The position numbers and the translations under genes were made by a program. A stretch of 64,000 nt of DNA, from assembly GCF_056746865.1 (NCBI RefSeq), contig NZ_CM163382.1; one strand, written 5' to 3'. The notes below the pieces were generated by a model, which saw only the letters and a list, made by a program, of their open reading frames with translations, made no database searches and was not told the DNA's origin. This document shows, piece after piece, positions 13,447-24,022 of this stretch. The first letter of the stretch is position 1. Every line of letters starts with the position of its first letter.

Positions 13447-14478
13447 TTAGAAAACAAGCTGGACTTTTGCTGCCTGGGTTTTATCACCGGCGAAACGTAG
13501 CGCCTCTTCCAGGTCAGTGAAGGGATATTCAGCACTCAGTAAAGGCAGTGGATTGATAACGCCATTCGCCAGCCATGACACTGCGGTATTAAATTCGCTG
13601 GTAAAACGGAAAGAGCCTCTGAGTGAAATCTCCTTACCAATCAACGTCATCATTGGGAATTCTGCCATCGCGCCTCCCATACCTACCTGCACCATTACGC
13701 CGCGTGCACGAGTGACCTCCAGACAGGTATTCACTGATGAAGGATGACCGGACACTTCAAAGCTGACATCGAAATAGCCTTTTTCCGCTTTCCAGTGATC
13801 CATGTCGTCGTTTTGTGGGTTTACGAGCACATCCGCCCCCATCTCTTTGCCCAGCGAAAGGGAACGGGGACTCACATCAGCACAGACAATTTCCGCGGCC
13901 CCCAGTGTTTTCACTGCACTGACAATCAGGCAGCCAATGGGTCCAACACCGGAAATAAATACTCGCTTGCCCTGTAACTCGCCGGCCTGATGTGCGGCAT
14001 GAATCGCGACGGCTAAAGGTTCGGCAAAAGCCATAACCTTTTCGTCAGCTTTGGCCGGATAAGGGACACATTGCGACGTTTCGACCATTTTATAACGGGT
14101 AAAACCACCATCAACATGAGGGAAATACATGGCACTGCCAAAAAAACGCATATCTGTACACTGATTCTCGTTATGTTCAATGCAGTATTTGCAGTGACCG
14201 CACGGTTTAGACGGATTAATGGCTACCGTTTGCCCTTCATGTAATTCTGATGAGTCGCTATGAATAACTTTACCGATAACTTCATGACCTAACACCATCG
14301 GTGCCTTTATCATGAAATTACCTACTTTTCCTTCCTGATAATAATGTAAATCGGAACCGCAAATTCCACCTCGGGTTATTTGTACTAATGTTCCATTATT
14401 ATTCCAATCTATCGTCTGCTCGGTAACGGCAACAGTTTTCTTGCCCGCAACAACGCAGGACTGTGTTTTCACTTGCAT
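13447..14478 (-). CDS. idnD: L-idonate 5-dehydrogenase (Zn-dependent MDR family)
   Basis: 343-aa ORF with GHE zinc-ADH motif and Cys-rich structural zinc site (CGHCKYCIEHNENQC). Confidence 0.9.
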   Translation of the reverse strand: MQVKTQSCVVAGKKTVAVTEQTIDWNNNGTLVQITRGGICGSDLHYYQEGKVGNFMIKAPMVLGHEVIGKVIHSDSSELHEGQTVAINPSKPCGHCKYCIEHNENQCTDMRFFGSAMYFPHVDGGFTRYKMVETSQCVPYPAKADEKVMAFAEPLAVAIHAAHQAGELQGKRVFISGVGPIGCLIVSAVKTLGAAEIVCADVSPRSLSLGKEMGADVLVNPQNDDMDHWKAEKGYFDVSFEVSGHPSSVNTCLEVTRARGVMVQVGMGGAMAEFPMMTLIGKEISLRGSFRFTSEFNTAVSWLANGVINPLPLLSAEYPFTDLEEALRFAGDKTQAAKVQLVF

Positions 14479-14577
14479 AAATTCCTCACTGGTCAGGTAG
14501 ACACCTCGGAAGCATTTAAGCGGTTTTAACTGTCATTATTTGTGATGAAGATCACGTCAGAAAATTGTTACATTACT

Positions 14578-14593
14578 ATGTTACGCATAACGT
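14578..14593. promoter_or_regulatory. Putative GntR/IdnR-type operator in divergent idnD/idnK control region
   Basis: Near-palindrome ATGTTACGCATAACGT resembling GntR operator half-sites ATGTTAC...GTAACAT. Confidence 0.4.
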
Positions 14594-14694
14594 GATGTGC
14601 CTTGTAATTCTTATCAGTAGAAATAAAAAAACGTGAAATTATTATGCCGCCAGGCGTAGTATCGCAGCAGGTAAGATGATTCAGGAGATTTTAA

Positions 14695-15258
14695 ATGGCG
14701 GGTGAAAGCTTTATTTTGATGGGCGTTTCAGGGAGTGGTAAAACATTAATTGGTAGCAAGGTTGCCGCGTTATTATCTGCTAAATTTATTGATGGTGACG
14801 ATCTTCATCCAGCCAAAAATATAGATAAAATGTCGCAGGGTATTCCATTATCTGATGAAGATCGACTTCCCTGGCTGGAACGCTTAAATGATGCTTCATA
14901 CAGTCTTTATAAAAAGAATGAAACAGGATTTATTGTCTGTTCATCATTAAAAAAACAGTATCGTGATATTTTACGCAAGGGTAGCCCCCATGTTCATTTC
15001 CTCTGGTTAGATGGCGACTATGAAACTATTCTCGCGCGAATGCAGCGTCGGGCTGGGCATTTTATGCCGGTAGCGTTACTAAAAAGTCAGTTTGAGGCAC
15101 TGGAGCGTCCACAAGCAGATGAACAGGATATTGTGCGCATTGATATCAACCATGATATTGCCAATGTCACCGAACAATGTCGGCAGGCTGTGCTGGCGAT
15201 ACGACAAAACAGAATATGTGCGAAAGAGGGCAGCGCCTCAGATCAGCGCTGCGAATGA
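14695..15258 (+). CDS. idnK: Gluconokinase (thermosensitive, idonate pathway)
   Basis: 187-aa ORF with P-loop GVSGSGKT. Confidence 0.9.
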   Translation: MAGESFILMGVSGSGKTLIGSKVAALLSAKFIDGDDLHPAKNIDKMSQGIPLSDEDRLPWLERLNDASYSLYKKNETGFIVCSSLKKQYRDILRKGSPHVHFLWLDGDYETILARMQRRAGHFMPVALLKSQFEALERPQADEQDIVRIDINHDIANVTEQCRQAVLAIRQNRICAKEGSASDQRCE

Positions 15259-15261
15259 TTT

Positions 15262-16281
15262 TCAAAAATCGGCTTTCAACACCACGCGGTAACGCGCCTT
15301 ACCGTCGCGCACATGCTGGATGGCGTCGTTAATTTTCGACATCGGGAACAGTTCGGTGGTCGGCGCAACCTTGCTGCGGGCGGCAAAACGCATCAGCTTA
15401 CGCAGCTCATAAGGCGTGCCGGTAGCAGAACCAGAGACGCTGCGATCGCCCGCAATTAACGTAAAGGCCGGAACAGACAGCGGCGTGAGAACCGCACCGA
15501 CCGTATGGAAATTACCGCCATAGGTCAGCGCCTCAAAATAGGGCTGCCAGTCGAGGCTGACGTTGACGGTGTTGATAATGAGATCAAACTGCCCCGCCAG
15601 TGCTTTCAGTGCCTGCGGATCGCGGCTATTCACCACTTTATCGGCACCCATCGCCAGCACTTCCTGCTCTTTCGCCGGATTAGAACTAAAGGCTGTCACC
15701 TCGCATCCCATTGCGTGCAGAAGTTTTATAGCGATATGCCCCAGCCCGCCAATACCAATTACCCCAACGCGGCTGGTAGCAGTGATATGGTGCATCAACA
15801 GTGGTTTAAAGACCGTGATACCGCCGCACAACAGCGGCCCGGCGGACTCGATATCAATATTTTCTGGCAGTGGAATCACCCATTGCCAGTCCGCACGCAA
15901 CTTCTCGGCAAAGCCACCGCGATTCATAATCGTCGGCACCGCACCTTGCTCGCAGTTGATCTGATTACCGCTAATACAGGCGTCGCAGTGACCACAGCTA
16001 CGCGCCGTCCAGCCAATCCCGACACGCTGACCGACCTGCAAACCTTTATCCTGCGCGGCGCTCCCGAGTGCCACCACGCGCCCAATCACCTCATGCCCGG
16101 CAACCAGCGGATATTGTGAAAATCCCCATTCGTTATCGATCATCGACAGATCGGAATGGCAGATCCCGCAGTAATCCACCTGCACTTCAACATCTTGTGG
16201 CCTCAGCTCACCGGGATCGTACTCATAAACTTCCAGTTCGCCGCCCGCTTCTTTTGCGGCATAGCTTTTTATCATCGACAT
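15262..16281 (-). CDS. ahr: NADPH-dependent aldehyde reductase (Zn-ADH family)
   Basis: 339-aa product from MSMIKSYAA; zinc-ADH motifs GHEVIG and CGICHSD; ORF track start 16323 is upstream in-frame. Confidence 0.85.
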
Positions 16282-16420
16282 TTTTTGGTCCTTCTCTGGT
16301 GTTGTTTGGGAAGTGTAGAGCATGGCAGGGCGGGGTGCCTGGAGTGTGACAAAGGTTACACATCGCTGTATGCAATGCTGAAAATTTCAGCACTTAGCGA
16401 GGTGCGAGCAAGCTGGCGCT

Positions 16421-16448
16421 TGCATGGTGGCGTGCGACAGGTATAATC
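16421..16448 (+). promoter_or_regulatory. leuX promoter (sigma70 -35 TTGCAT, -10 TATAAT)
   Basis: TTGCAT at 16421-16426 and TATAAT at 16443-16448, 16-bp spacer, about 28 bp upstream of tRNA 5' end. Confidence 0.55.
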
Positions 16449-16476
16449 CACAACGTTTTCCGCATACCTCTTCAGT

Positions 16477-16561
16477 GCCGAAGTGGCGAAATCGGTAGAC
16501 GCAGTTGATTCAAAATCAACCGTAGAAATACGTGCCGGTTCGAGTCCGGCCTTCGGCACCA
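16477..16561 (+). tRNA. leuX: tRNA-Leu (anticodon CAA), 85 nt with encoded CCA
   Basis: GCCGAAGTGGCGAAATCGGTAGACGC...CGGTTCGAGTCCGGCCTTCGGCACCA; anticodon loop TTCAAAA; long variable arm typical of tRNA-Leu. Confidence 0.95.
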
Positions 16562-16573
16562 AAAGTATGTAAA

Positions 16574-16598
16574 TAGACCTCAACTGAGGTCTTTTTTT
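16574..16598 (+). terminator. Intrinsic terminator of leuX
   Basis: Hairpin GACCTCA-ac-TGAGGTC followed by T7. Confidence 0.75.
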
Positions 16599-16821
16599 AT
16601 GCCTGAAATCCAGTGTTTATCTATCTTTCCCGCTATATTAACTCTCTCAAGGTCAACCGATATCAACGTACATCTACCAACATATGTTGGTACAGATGAT
16701 GGTATTTCCGGTTCGATAATGCTTGTACCAACAGGGAGGGAATACGATGGCATTAACAGATATCAAAGTCAGAGCAGCCAAGCCAACGGATAAGCAATAT
16801 TAGCTGACTGATGGTGGCGGT

Positions 16822-18012
16822 ATGCATCTGCTTGTCCATCCAAATGGTTCTAAGTACTGGCGTTTGCAGTACCGTTATGAGGGAAAGCAAAAAATGCTGG
16901 CACTTGGGGTTTATCCTGAAATCACACTAGCGGATGCCAGAGTACGTCGTGACGAGGCGCGTAAGCTGCTTGCGAATGGCGTCGATCCGGGAGACAAAAA
17001 GAAAAATGATAAGGTTGAACAGAGTAAAGCACGAACCTTTAAAGAAGTCGCGATTGAGTGGCATGGCACCAATAAAAAGTGGTCTGAAGATCACGCCCAT
17101 CGTGTGCTAAAAAGTCTTGAAGATAATCTTTTTGCAGCGCTTGGTGAACGTAATATCGCTGAGTTAAAAACTCGAGATTTATTAGCACCTATTAAGGCCG
17201 TAGAAATGTCTGGACGTCTTGAAGTGGCCGCTCGTCTTCAGCAGCGCACTACAGCCATCATGCGCTATGCAGTGCAAAGTGGGTTAATTGATTATAACCC
17301 GGCACAAGAGATGGCTGGGGCGGTTGCTTCCTGTAATCGACAACATCGTCCCGCGCTTGAATTAAAGCGCATCCCTGAGTTGCTTACAAAAATAGATAGC
17401 TATACTGGTAGGCCGCTAACCCGATGGGCGATAGAACTCACTTTGCTGATCTTTATTCGGTCCAGTGAGCTGCGTTTTGCTCGTTGGTCAGAGATCGATT
17501 TCGAAGCGTCTATATGGACTATCCCACCGGAGCGGGAGCCTATTCCTGGAGTGAAACATTCCCATAGAGGCTCAAAAATGCGTACAACGCATCTAGTGCC
17601 TCTTTCAACGCAAGCTCTTGCAATTTTAAAGCAGATAAAACAGTTTTATGGGGCCCATGACTTGATATTTATTGGTGATCACGATTCGCACAAACCCATG
17701 AGTGAGAATACGGTAAATAGTGCGTTACGGGTCATGGGGTATGATACAAAAGTAGAGGTTTGTGGTCATGGCTTTCGAACAATGGCCTGTAGTTCATTGG
17801 TCGAATCAGGTCTGTGGTCTCGTGATGCTGTTGAACGTCAGATGAGCCACATGGCGCGAAATTCAGTGAGGGCCGCGTATATCCATAAAGCAGAGCATCT
17901 GGAAGAACGGCGATTGATGCTACAGTGGTGGGCCGATTTTCTGGATGTAAACAGAGAAAGGTTTATCAGTCCATTTGAATATGCAAAGATTAATAATCCA
18001 TTAAAACAGTAA
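16822..18012 (+). CDS. intB: P4-type tyrosine integrase; annotated ORF lacks the conserved N-terminus, which lies in-frame upstream (16747-16800) behind a TAG
   Basis: 396-aa ORF with integrase C-terminal motifs (HGFRTMACSSLVE...VERQMSH...AAYIHKAE); immediately 3' of a tRNA gene. Confidence 0.85.
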   Translation: MHLLVHPNGSKYWRLQYRYEGKQKMLALGVYPEITLADARVRRDEARKLLANGVDPGDKKKNDKVEQSKARTFKEVAIEWHGTNKKWSEDHAHRVLKSLEDNLFAALGERNIAELKTRDLLAPIKAVEMSGRLEVAARLQQRTTAIMRYAVQSGLIDYNPAQEMAGAVASCNRQHRPALELKRIPELLTKIDSYTGRPLTRWAIELTLLIFIRSSELRFARWSEIDFEASIWTIPPEREPIPGVKHSHRGSKMRTTHLVPLSTQALAILKQIKQFYGAHDLIFIGDHDSHKPMSENTVNSALRVMGYDTKVEVCGHGFRTMACSSLVESGLWSRDAVERQMSHMARNSVRAAYIHKAEHLEERRLMLQWWADFLDVNRERFISPFEYAKINNPLKQ

Positions 18013-18016
18013 TCAT

Positions 18017-18034
18017 CCCGGGCAAATGCCCGGG
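18017..18034 (+). terminator. Hairpin after intB
   Basis: CCCGGGCAAATGCCCGGG palindrome 5 bp after stop. Confidence 0.45.
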
Positions 18035-18412
18035 AATTATTCTAGGATTATTTTCTTTGTTAAAAAAGACAAACGGTATTAACTGATGTATTTACTATTT
18101 ACCGCTCCCTGCAGGGGGGATTATCAGAATCCGCGGTTATTCATTATTTATATACATTCAATAAAAAAGTAACCTCATAAAAAATCCTGTACTCACAGGG
18201 TGATGCGGGATAACTGACGTAAGGAGTGCTGCAGGGATTTGATGGTCCCTTGTGCTGATATGAATACGGATATTTTATACAGAATACTTTTCAGTACAAG
18301 CGACTGTATTACAGTCTGCCATATATGATTACCTGTGATCAGGAAGAATAAGTGGCTGAGGTTTCAAACTGTCTGCCGGTATATTCCTCTCTCCCTTAAA
18401 AACCATAACAGG

Positions 18413-19500
18413 TTAGTTATCTTCGTCTGTCAGCGGATTGAATGGCGGTATATTTTCAGTACAAATACCGGTCATCCACTGAAAAATACCTGCGAAATGA
18501 CGGGCACTGATTTTTCTACTGACGGGCTGATGAGACGTTATGTCACTGGCGGTAATAATCAGTGGCACACTGTAGCCTCCCTGCACATGACCATAATGAT
18601 GAACAGGATTGGCACTGTCGCTGACCGACAGCCCAAGGCCAGAAAAGTAAAGCATGGCGAAATGACGTGAGTACCGGCGAAGGATACCATCAAGCTGGCC
18701 AAGAAAGTTATCCAGTTTACTGATGCTGGCGAGGTAACAGGCAATTTTTCGGGGATACTGCTCCAGGTAATTATTCGGCTAGGAGTTAAGGCTGTCACAC
18801 GGATTTGGATGAGAACCCATCATGTGCAGGAAAATTATCTTCGGAGAGGATGTATCCGCCAGCGCACGTTCTGTTTCCTGTAACAACAGTTTGTCATCTG
18901 TTTTACGGGAAGCGAAGCTGCCTTTCTTGAGGAAAGTGGCATGCTCCGCATCAGAAGCAATAACAGAGATGCGTGTGTCATGCTCCCCCAGTTTTCCTTG
19001 ATTGGATATCCACCATGTGCTGTATCCTGCTTTTGCTGCCAGCGCCACCACATTGTTGCCGGAATCAGGGTTCTGCTCATAGTCATAAATCAGTGTCCGG
19101 CTCAGGGAAGACACTGTACTGGAGGCTGTCGAGGTATAATCGTCAATAAATAAACCGGGTGCCGTATTCAGCCACGGTGTGGTTGGTACGGGATAGTCAT
19201 ACACTGACATATAATCCCTGCGCACACTCTCACCAGTGACAATAACAATCGTATCATATAACGGTGCTCCCGGCTGGATTTTCCAGTTGTCAGCCCCGTG
19301 CTACTCAGTTGTTCATAACGCTGCATTTCACGTAATGTGTCAGTTGTCCCCACAACTGTTCCTTTAACCATCCGCAATGGCCAACGGTTTACAGAGCATA
19401 ATACGAATAGCCGTAGAGCCAGCCAGTTACGGTGGTCGCGATGGTGTGTCCGCCAGAAAATCACCACGAATACCAGAATCGCGGCACTGACCAGAAAATG
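18413..19500 (-). pseudogene. yjgX: Decayed phosphoethanolamine-transferase/sulfatase-family gene (yjgX-like), split into several frames
   Basis: Minus-strand ORFs 18413-18655, 18779-19225 and 19168-19635 carry consecutive pieces of a sulfatase-like domain (e.g. KIIFLHMMGSHPNPCD) in different frames. Confidence 0.55.
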
Positions 19501-19995
19501 ATAAACAGGAAACACGGGGCGGTTCACTTTGCTTTCTCCTGTAGTGTTTTCTGTAGGTTCTGAACCGGTTCTAGCGGGGTTGTGAGGCTGATGGCAATCG
19601 CCGGGCTCTTCCTGCATGTTACACTGGTACTGCAAGAGGGGGCCTTCGCTCCTCTGACATTACTCAGTATTTTCACTACTACACCCCATCTGCCATCCAT
19701 AACAACCGATTCACCCCCTCGCGAGGCGTTGTTGCCCGTCACCCGGACAGACACCGTTATGGACTTCTCTTGTTGCACGATCGATCAATTGTTATGCATG
19801 CTGACACCACAACCCCGGTGGGTATGACCGATGCCTTTCTCACTCTCTTCCCGGTCATCGTCGGCCTTCCCCGTTATTGTGGCGTGTCAGCACCCTCGAC
19901 GGCATTTCGATGGCTGCTCAGTGTTCACTCACGTTACGGCCCGCATAACCCGTTGACTTCCTGAAGAAGTCGTTTCAGGGAGAGATTCAGCCCTT

Positions 19996-20325
19996 TTGTT
20001 ACCTCCTGGACCGCTTCTTGTCCTTCCAGTCGGAGCGAGAGTTAGCCGGGGCGGACTTTCACCGACGGAAAGATCGTGCATTTCAAGGCACACACAACAA
20101 TATCTGCGAGCGTGCTATCCGTCCGGTCGTTATGGGACGAAAGGCCTGGTTGTTCGCTGGTTCACTGGTGGCCGGGAACCGCGCGGCACAGATAATGAGC
20201 CTTCTGGGAACCGCAGTCTGGAGCCACATGCTTGGCTGACGGACGTCCTGACGCGTCTGCCGGAGTGGCCGGAGGAGAGGTTGGCTGAGTTACTGCCTCT
20301 TGAGGGCTTTACCTTCTTCGGGTAA
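19996..20325 (+). pseudogene. IS66-family transposase C-terminal remnant (frameshifted); coincides with a 109-aa yjgZ-like ORF
   Basis: Two overlapping frames encode ...ERAIRPVVMGRKAWLFAGS... and ...AWLTDVLTRLPEWPEERLAELLP..., both similar to the C-terminus of the IS66 TnpC at 45.7 kb. Confidence 0.6.
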
Positions 20326-20814
20326 GTGATACCTGCCGTCAGGTGTTTGTGCACCGGGCCATAACCTGCAGTTGGGAATTGAACGCCTGACAACAGGAAA
20401 TGAGCTAGAGCAGTAAACACGCGGGCTGACAATGGGTCAGAATATGAGTTAGCCCGGCGTTATTCCTGGGGTCAGTACTTCAGATCTAGCCTCCGGTACC
20501 AGACTAGCTAGCCCCTACGCAACCAAATAAATCAACCATCGTCAGAGTGCAATCGTTCATATACACTGTCGGTGATGCGCTAAAAAATGCGTTAATGTTG
20601 AGTTCCTCGAACCCTTACCAATTAAGGGACATAGCCAGATACGCAACTGGCTGATGCAAGCAGTCTAATGTCTTTAGATCCGCTGGCCTGCGGGCATGAC
20701 AATGTCAAACAGTCAAAGATTGTGGCGTTGACGGTCAGTCTTGGGGACAAAAAAGCTCAGTATTCTCGTTGGCAACCAGATAATTTAACAGTTGATGCTG
20801 AAACGAAATAGGCA

Positions 20815-20826
20815 TCTTGGTTCTGT
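20815..20826. repeat. Target-site duplication (left copy) of IS4: ATCTTGGTTCTG
   Basis: Identical 12-mer found again at 22252-22263. Confidence 0.85.
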
Positions 20827-22251
20827 AATGCCAGTCAGTTAAGCAACTGACTGGCTCTTTTTCGGGGCTGTGGGGTATTTCCAGGGCCTCTCCTTTACCA
20901 CTCTCGGGAAGGCCCTTTCCCTTCTTGTCGGTAATTTCACAAGTTGTCCCATACTTGCAAGATCGCGCATCAGCTCCGGTATACGTCCCGGTGAAGCGCC
21001 CTGCAATGTCATCAGCATTCTCATCACCATTCCGCATGATTCTGAGAAACTCAGTTGATTCGGCCAGTAACCTTTCAGATGTTCCGCCATTTTAATCATC
21101 TGATATCTCACCAGATTATAAGCCAGTAAGACACCCCACAGCTCTTGCTCCACAAGCTCCGGCTTTTTACTTCTCAGCGTCAGCCTGCTCCGTTGCATCG
21201 TCTGTTTTATCTCCCTGTATCCCAGTTCGATTTCCCAGCGATGACTGTACAGATCCCCCATTTCTCCTCCGGGGAAGCGCATGGCGTCCGTCATCGACGT
21301 CAGCAGATGGCAGACTTTTCCTTTGCGCGTCACGGTCAGCAGGCGGGCAGTCACTTCATTTCCCAGTCCCGGCCACTTTTTTCGTGCCTGCGGGCTGGTT
21401 TTCAGCTTCACCAGATGATCGCCTTTACCCAGTTTTCTGATCTCTTCATATTGCGCTCCCTTTCTGAGAGGTATCATCCAGTGGCGGTGTTCTCCCGCCA
21501 GGCTCCAGGCATTTAACAGTCCCAGTGAGTAATAACCTTTATCCATTAACGTCAGAGTGTTATCGCCGGTTTGTTCTATAAGTTGCTCAGCAAGCTCATT
21601 TTCGCTGTTCTTCATCGTGCCGAAGGCTGCAGCCGTCAGCAGATGGCTGGTCAGTTCCATCTGGCAGACCATTTTGACCTGCGGGTAGAGCGCCGGGTTC
21701 CCGGCATGTGTCTGGCGGGGGAAGGCTGCATCGTTCTCTGGTGTATCCGGTGTGCGCCAGAACACACCATCGATGGCCAGCAGGGTCAGGCCGCACCAGT
21801 GCGGATGCGGCGTGGCGTTATGCCAGAGCTGCGCTGTTTTCGTGAACACGCGGCGGACAGCCTCACTTCCCAGGCGCTGGCGGGCCTGAATAACGGCACT
21901 GGGGGCAACGAAGGGGCGATTGCCCGGCAGCATGATGTCCAGGCGATTCACAATCTGGTGAAGAGGTTCTTTACGCTCAAGCGCCATGCCAACAATACAC
22001 CAGACCATCATTTCGAGGGGAAGACGGCGCTTGCGTAGCGTTACAGTACCTGATTCGGCAAGGCAACGAGAGATGAGTTCGGGGTCGAGGTAATCCCCCA
22101 GAGAAGTCAGTGGGTTACGCAGAGAATCGTAACGGGATACCAGATCAAGAGCCTGTCCAATGTGCATAAAAAAATCCGGAAACAAGTGAGCGTTTCCGGA
22201 TTCTTACACAGCCACTGGATCGGTCAACTGATCCTTAACTGATCGGCATTA
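20827..22251 (-). mobile_element. IS4 insertion sequence (about 1.43 kb)
   Basis: Terminal inverted repeats TAATGCCAGTCAGTTAAG / TAATGCCGATCAGTTAAG; single transposase ORF; 12-bp direct repeats flank it. Confidence 0.9.
20839..22167 (-). CDS. insG: IS4 transposase
   Basis: 442-aa product from [16 protein letters not shown]... (DDE transposase); ORF track start 22185 is 6 codons upstream. Confidence 0.85.
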   Translation of the reverse strand: MHIGQALDLVSRYDSLRNPLTSLGDYLDPELISRCLAESGTVTLRKRRLPLEMMVWCIVGMALERKEPLHQIVNRLDIMLPGNRPFVAPSAVIQARQRLGSEAVRRVFTKTAQLWHNATPHPHWCGLTLLAIDGVFWRTPDTPENDAAFPRQTHAGNPALYPQVKMVCQMELTSHLLTAAAFGTMKNSENELAEQLIEQTGDNTLTLMDKGYYSLGLLNAWSLAGEHRHWMIPLRKGAQYEEIRKLGKGDHLVKLKTSPQARKKWPGLGNEVTARLLTVTRKGKVCHLLTSMTDAMRFPGGEMGDLYSHRWEIELGYREIKQTMQRSRLTLRSKKPELVEQELWGVLLAYNLVRYQMIKMAEHLKGYWPNQLSFSESCGMVMRMLMTLQGASPGRIPELMRDLASMGQLVKLPTRRERAFPRVVKERPWKYPTAPKKSQSVA

Positions 22252-22263
22252 ATCTTGGTTCTG
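22252..22263. repeat. Target-site duplication (right copy) of IS4: ATCTTGGTTCTG
   Basis: Identical to 20815-20826. Confidence 0.85.
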
Positions 22264-22793
22264 GTGTTTGTAACAAACTATCAGCTACAAAAATATGCTC
22301 AATTTGTGACATCAGTAACAAAACGCGTTTTGTTATGTGGATTGCTTGTTTTTTGATCTGGTATAACAGGTATAAAGGTATACAGAAAAGCAAAGAAATA
22401 CTGCAAAGGAAAACAGCTATAACGTAAGCTAAAGTAATAACCTCTCAGTCTTTCCTCATTTGACGAAGGGAGTTTTATTCAACCTGAACGGACTACGAAA
22501 ATGAGCACAATGAATAAGTCAATTTTTGAAGCAGGGTTGAACTGTGCCAGTGGTGGAATATCTGGCGAACATTGTTTTTTGTTGGTGACCCAAAACTGTA
22601 GGTGGGTATCAGTTTTATCTTTCATAGAGTGAAATATGTTAAGAAGAAATGGAGGAAAAGATTGTACTGATTAGGTATTGATAACAATCAATAGTACTGG
22701 CGTATTTGAAGACAATATAATTATTTCTGGATATTGTTGAGGCTCCCTAATATTTACTTTAAGGGCTATATTAGAATAACACAGGAAACAAAT

Positions 22794-24011
22794 ATGGCAA
22801 CAGCATGGTATAAACAAGTTAATCCACCACAACGGAAAGCTCTTTTTTCCGCATGGCTTGGATATGTATTTGATGGCTTTGATTTTATGATGATATTTTA
22901 CATTCTTCATATTATAAAAGCAGATCTTGGCATTACGGATATTCAGGCTACTTTAATAGGGACAGTGGCCTTCATAGCCAGACCTATTGGAGGTGGTTTT
23001 TTTGGTGCCATGGCTGATAAATATGGTCGTAAGCCAATGATGATGTGGGCAATTTTCATTTACTCAGTCGGAACAGGCCTTAGCGGTATTGCTACAAACT
23101 TATATATGCTCGCAGTTTGCCGTTTTATTGTTGGCTTAGGGATGTCTGGTGAATATGCATGTGCTTCAACTTATGCGGTAGAAAGTTGGCCTAAAAATCT
23201 TCAATCTAAAGCTAGTGCTTTTTTGGTAAGTGGTTTTTCTGTTGGAAATATTATTGCGGCACAAATAATCCCTCAGTTTGCTGAAGTATATGGATGGAGA
23301 AACTCTTTTTTTATAGGCCTGTTACCAGTTTTACTAGTTCTTTGGATCAGAAAAAGTGCTCCAGAAAGTCAGGAGTGGATTGAAGATAAATATAAGGATA
23401 AATCAACATTTTTGTCTGTCTTCAGAAAACCACATCTTTCAATCTCTATGATCGTTTTCCTCGTCTGTTTTTGTCTATTTGGTGCAAACTGGCCGATAAA
23501 CGGACTACTTCCTTCCTACCTGGCAGATAATGGAGTTAATACAGTGGTCATTTCAACTCTGATGACAATAGCAGGTTTAGGAACACTGACAGGTACAATA
23601 TTTTTTGGTTTTGTTGGTGATAAGATTGGTGTAAAAAAAGCCTTTGTAGTCGGTCTAATAACTTCATTTATTTTCCTTTGTCCTCTTTTTTTTATTTCTG
23701 TGAAAAACTCTTCTCTTATAGGATTATGTCTCTTTGGATTAATGTTTACAAATTTAGGTATTGCAGGGTTGGTTCCAAAATTTATATATGATTACTTTCC
23801 AACAAAATTAAGAGGATTAGGGACCGGTCTTATTTATAACTTAGGGGCAACTGGAGGAATGGCCGCACCTGTATTAGCTACATACATTTCAGGATATTAT
23901 GGCTTAGGTGTTTCATTATTCATTGTTACGGTTGCATTCTCTGCCTTATTAATTTTGTTAGTTGGTTTTGATATTCCAGGTAAAATTTATAAACTATCCG
24001 TGGCTAAATGA
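22794..24011 (+). CDS. yjhB: MFS transporter (sialic acid/NanT-like subfamily)
   Basis: 405-aa 12-TM protein from MATAWYKQVNPPQRKALF...; AT-rich codon usage. Confidence 0.8.
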   Translation: MATAWYKQVNPPQRKALFSAWLGYVFDGFDFMMIFYILHIIKADLGITDIQATLIGTVAFIARPIGGGFFGAMADKYGRKPMMMWAIFIYSVGTGLSGIATNLYMLAVCRFIVGLGMSGEYACASTYAVESWPKNLQSKASAFLVSGFSVGNIIAAQIIPQFAEVYGWRNSFFIGLLPVLLVLWIRKSAPESQEWIEDKYKDKSTFLSVFRKPHLSISMIVFLVCFCLFGANWPINGLLPSYLADNGVNTVVISTLMTIAGLGTLTGTIFFGFVGDKIGVKKAFVVGLITSFIFLCPLFFISVKNSSLIGLCLFGLMFTNLGIAGLVPKFIYDYFPTKLRGLGTGLIYNLGATGGMAAPVLATYISGYYGLGVSLFIVTVAFSALLILLVGFDIPGKIYKLSVAK

Positions 24012-24022
24012 TTGGAGGCTTT

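Noticed and set aside
16477-16561. Possibility that leuX here is the supP amber-suppressor allele
   Set aside because: The anticodon reads CAA (wild type), not CUA.
18335-18670. 111-aa plus-strand ORF (yjgW-like position)
   Set aside because: Lies antisense to the decayed sulfatase-family pseudogene and has no RBS or domain support; probably a shadow ORF, though a real small gene cannot be excluded.
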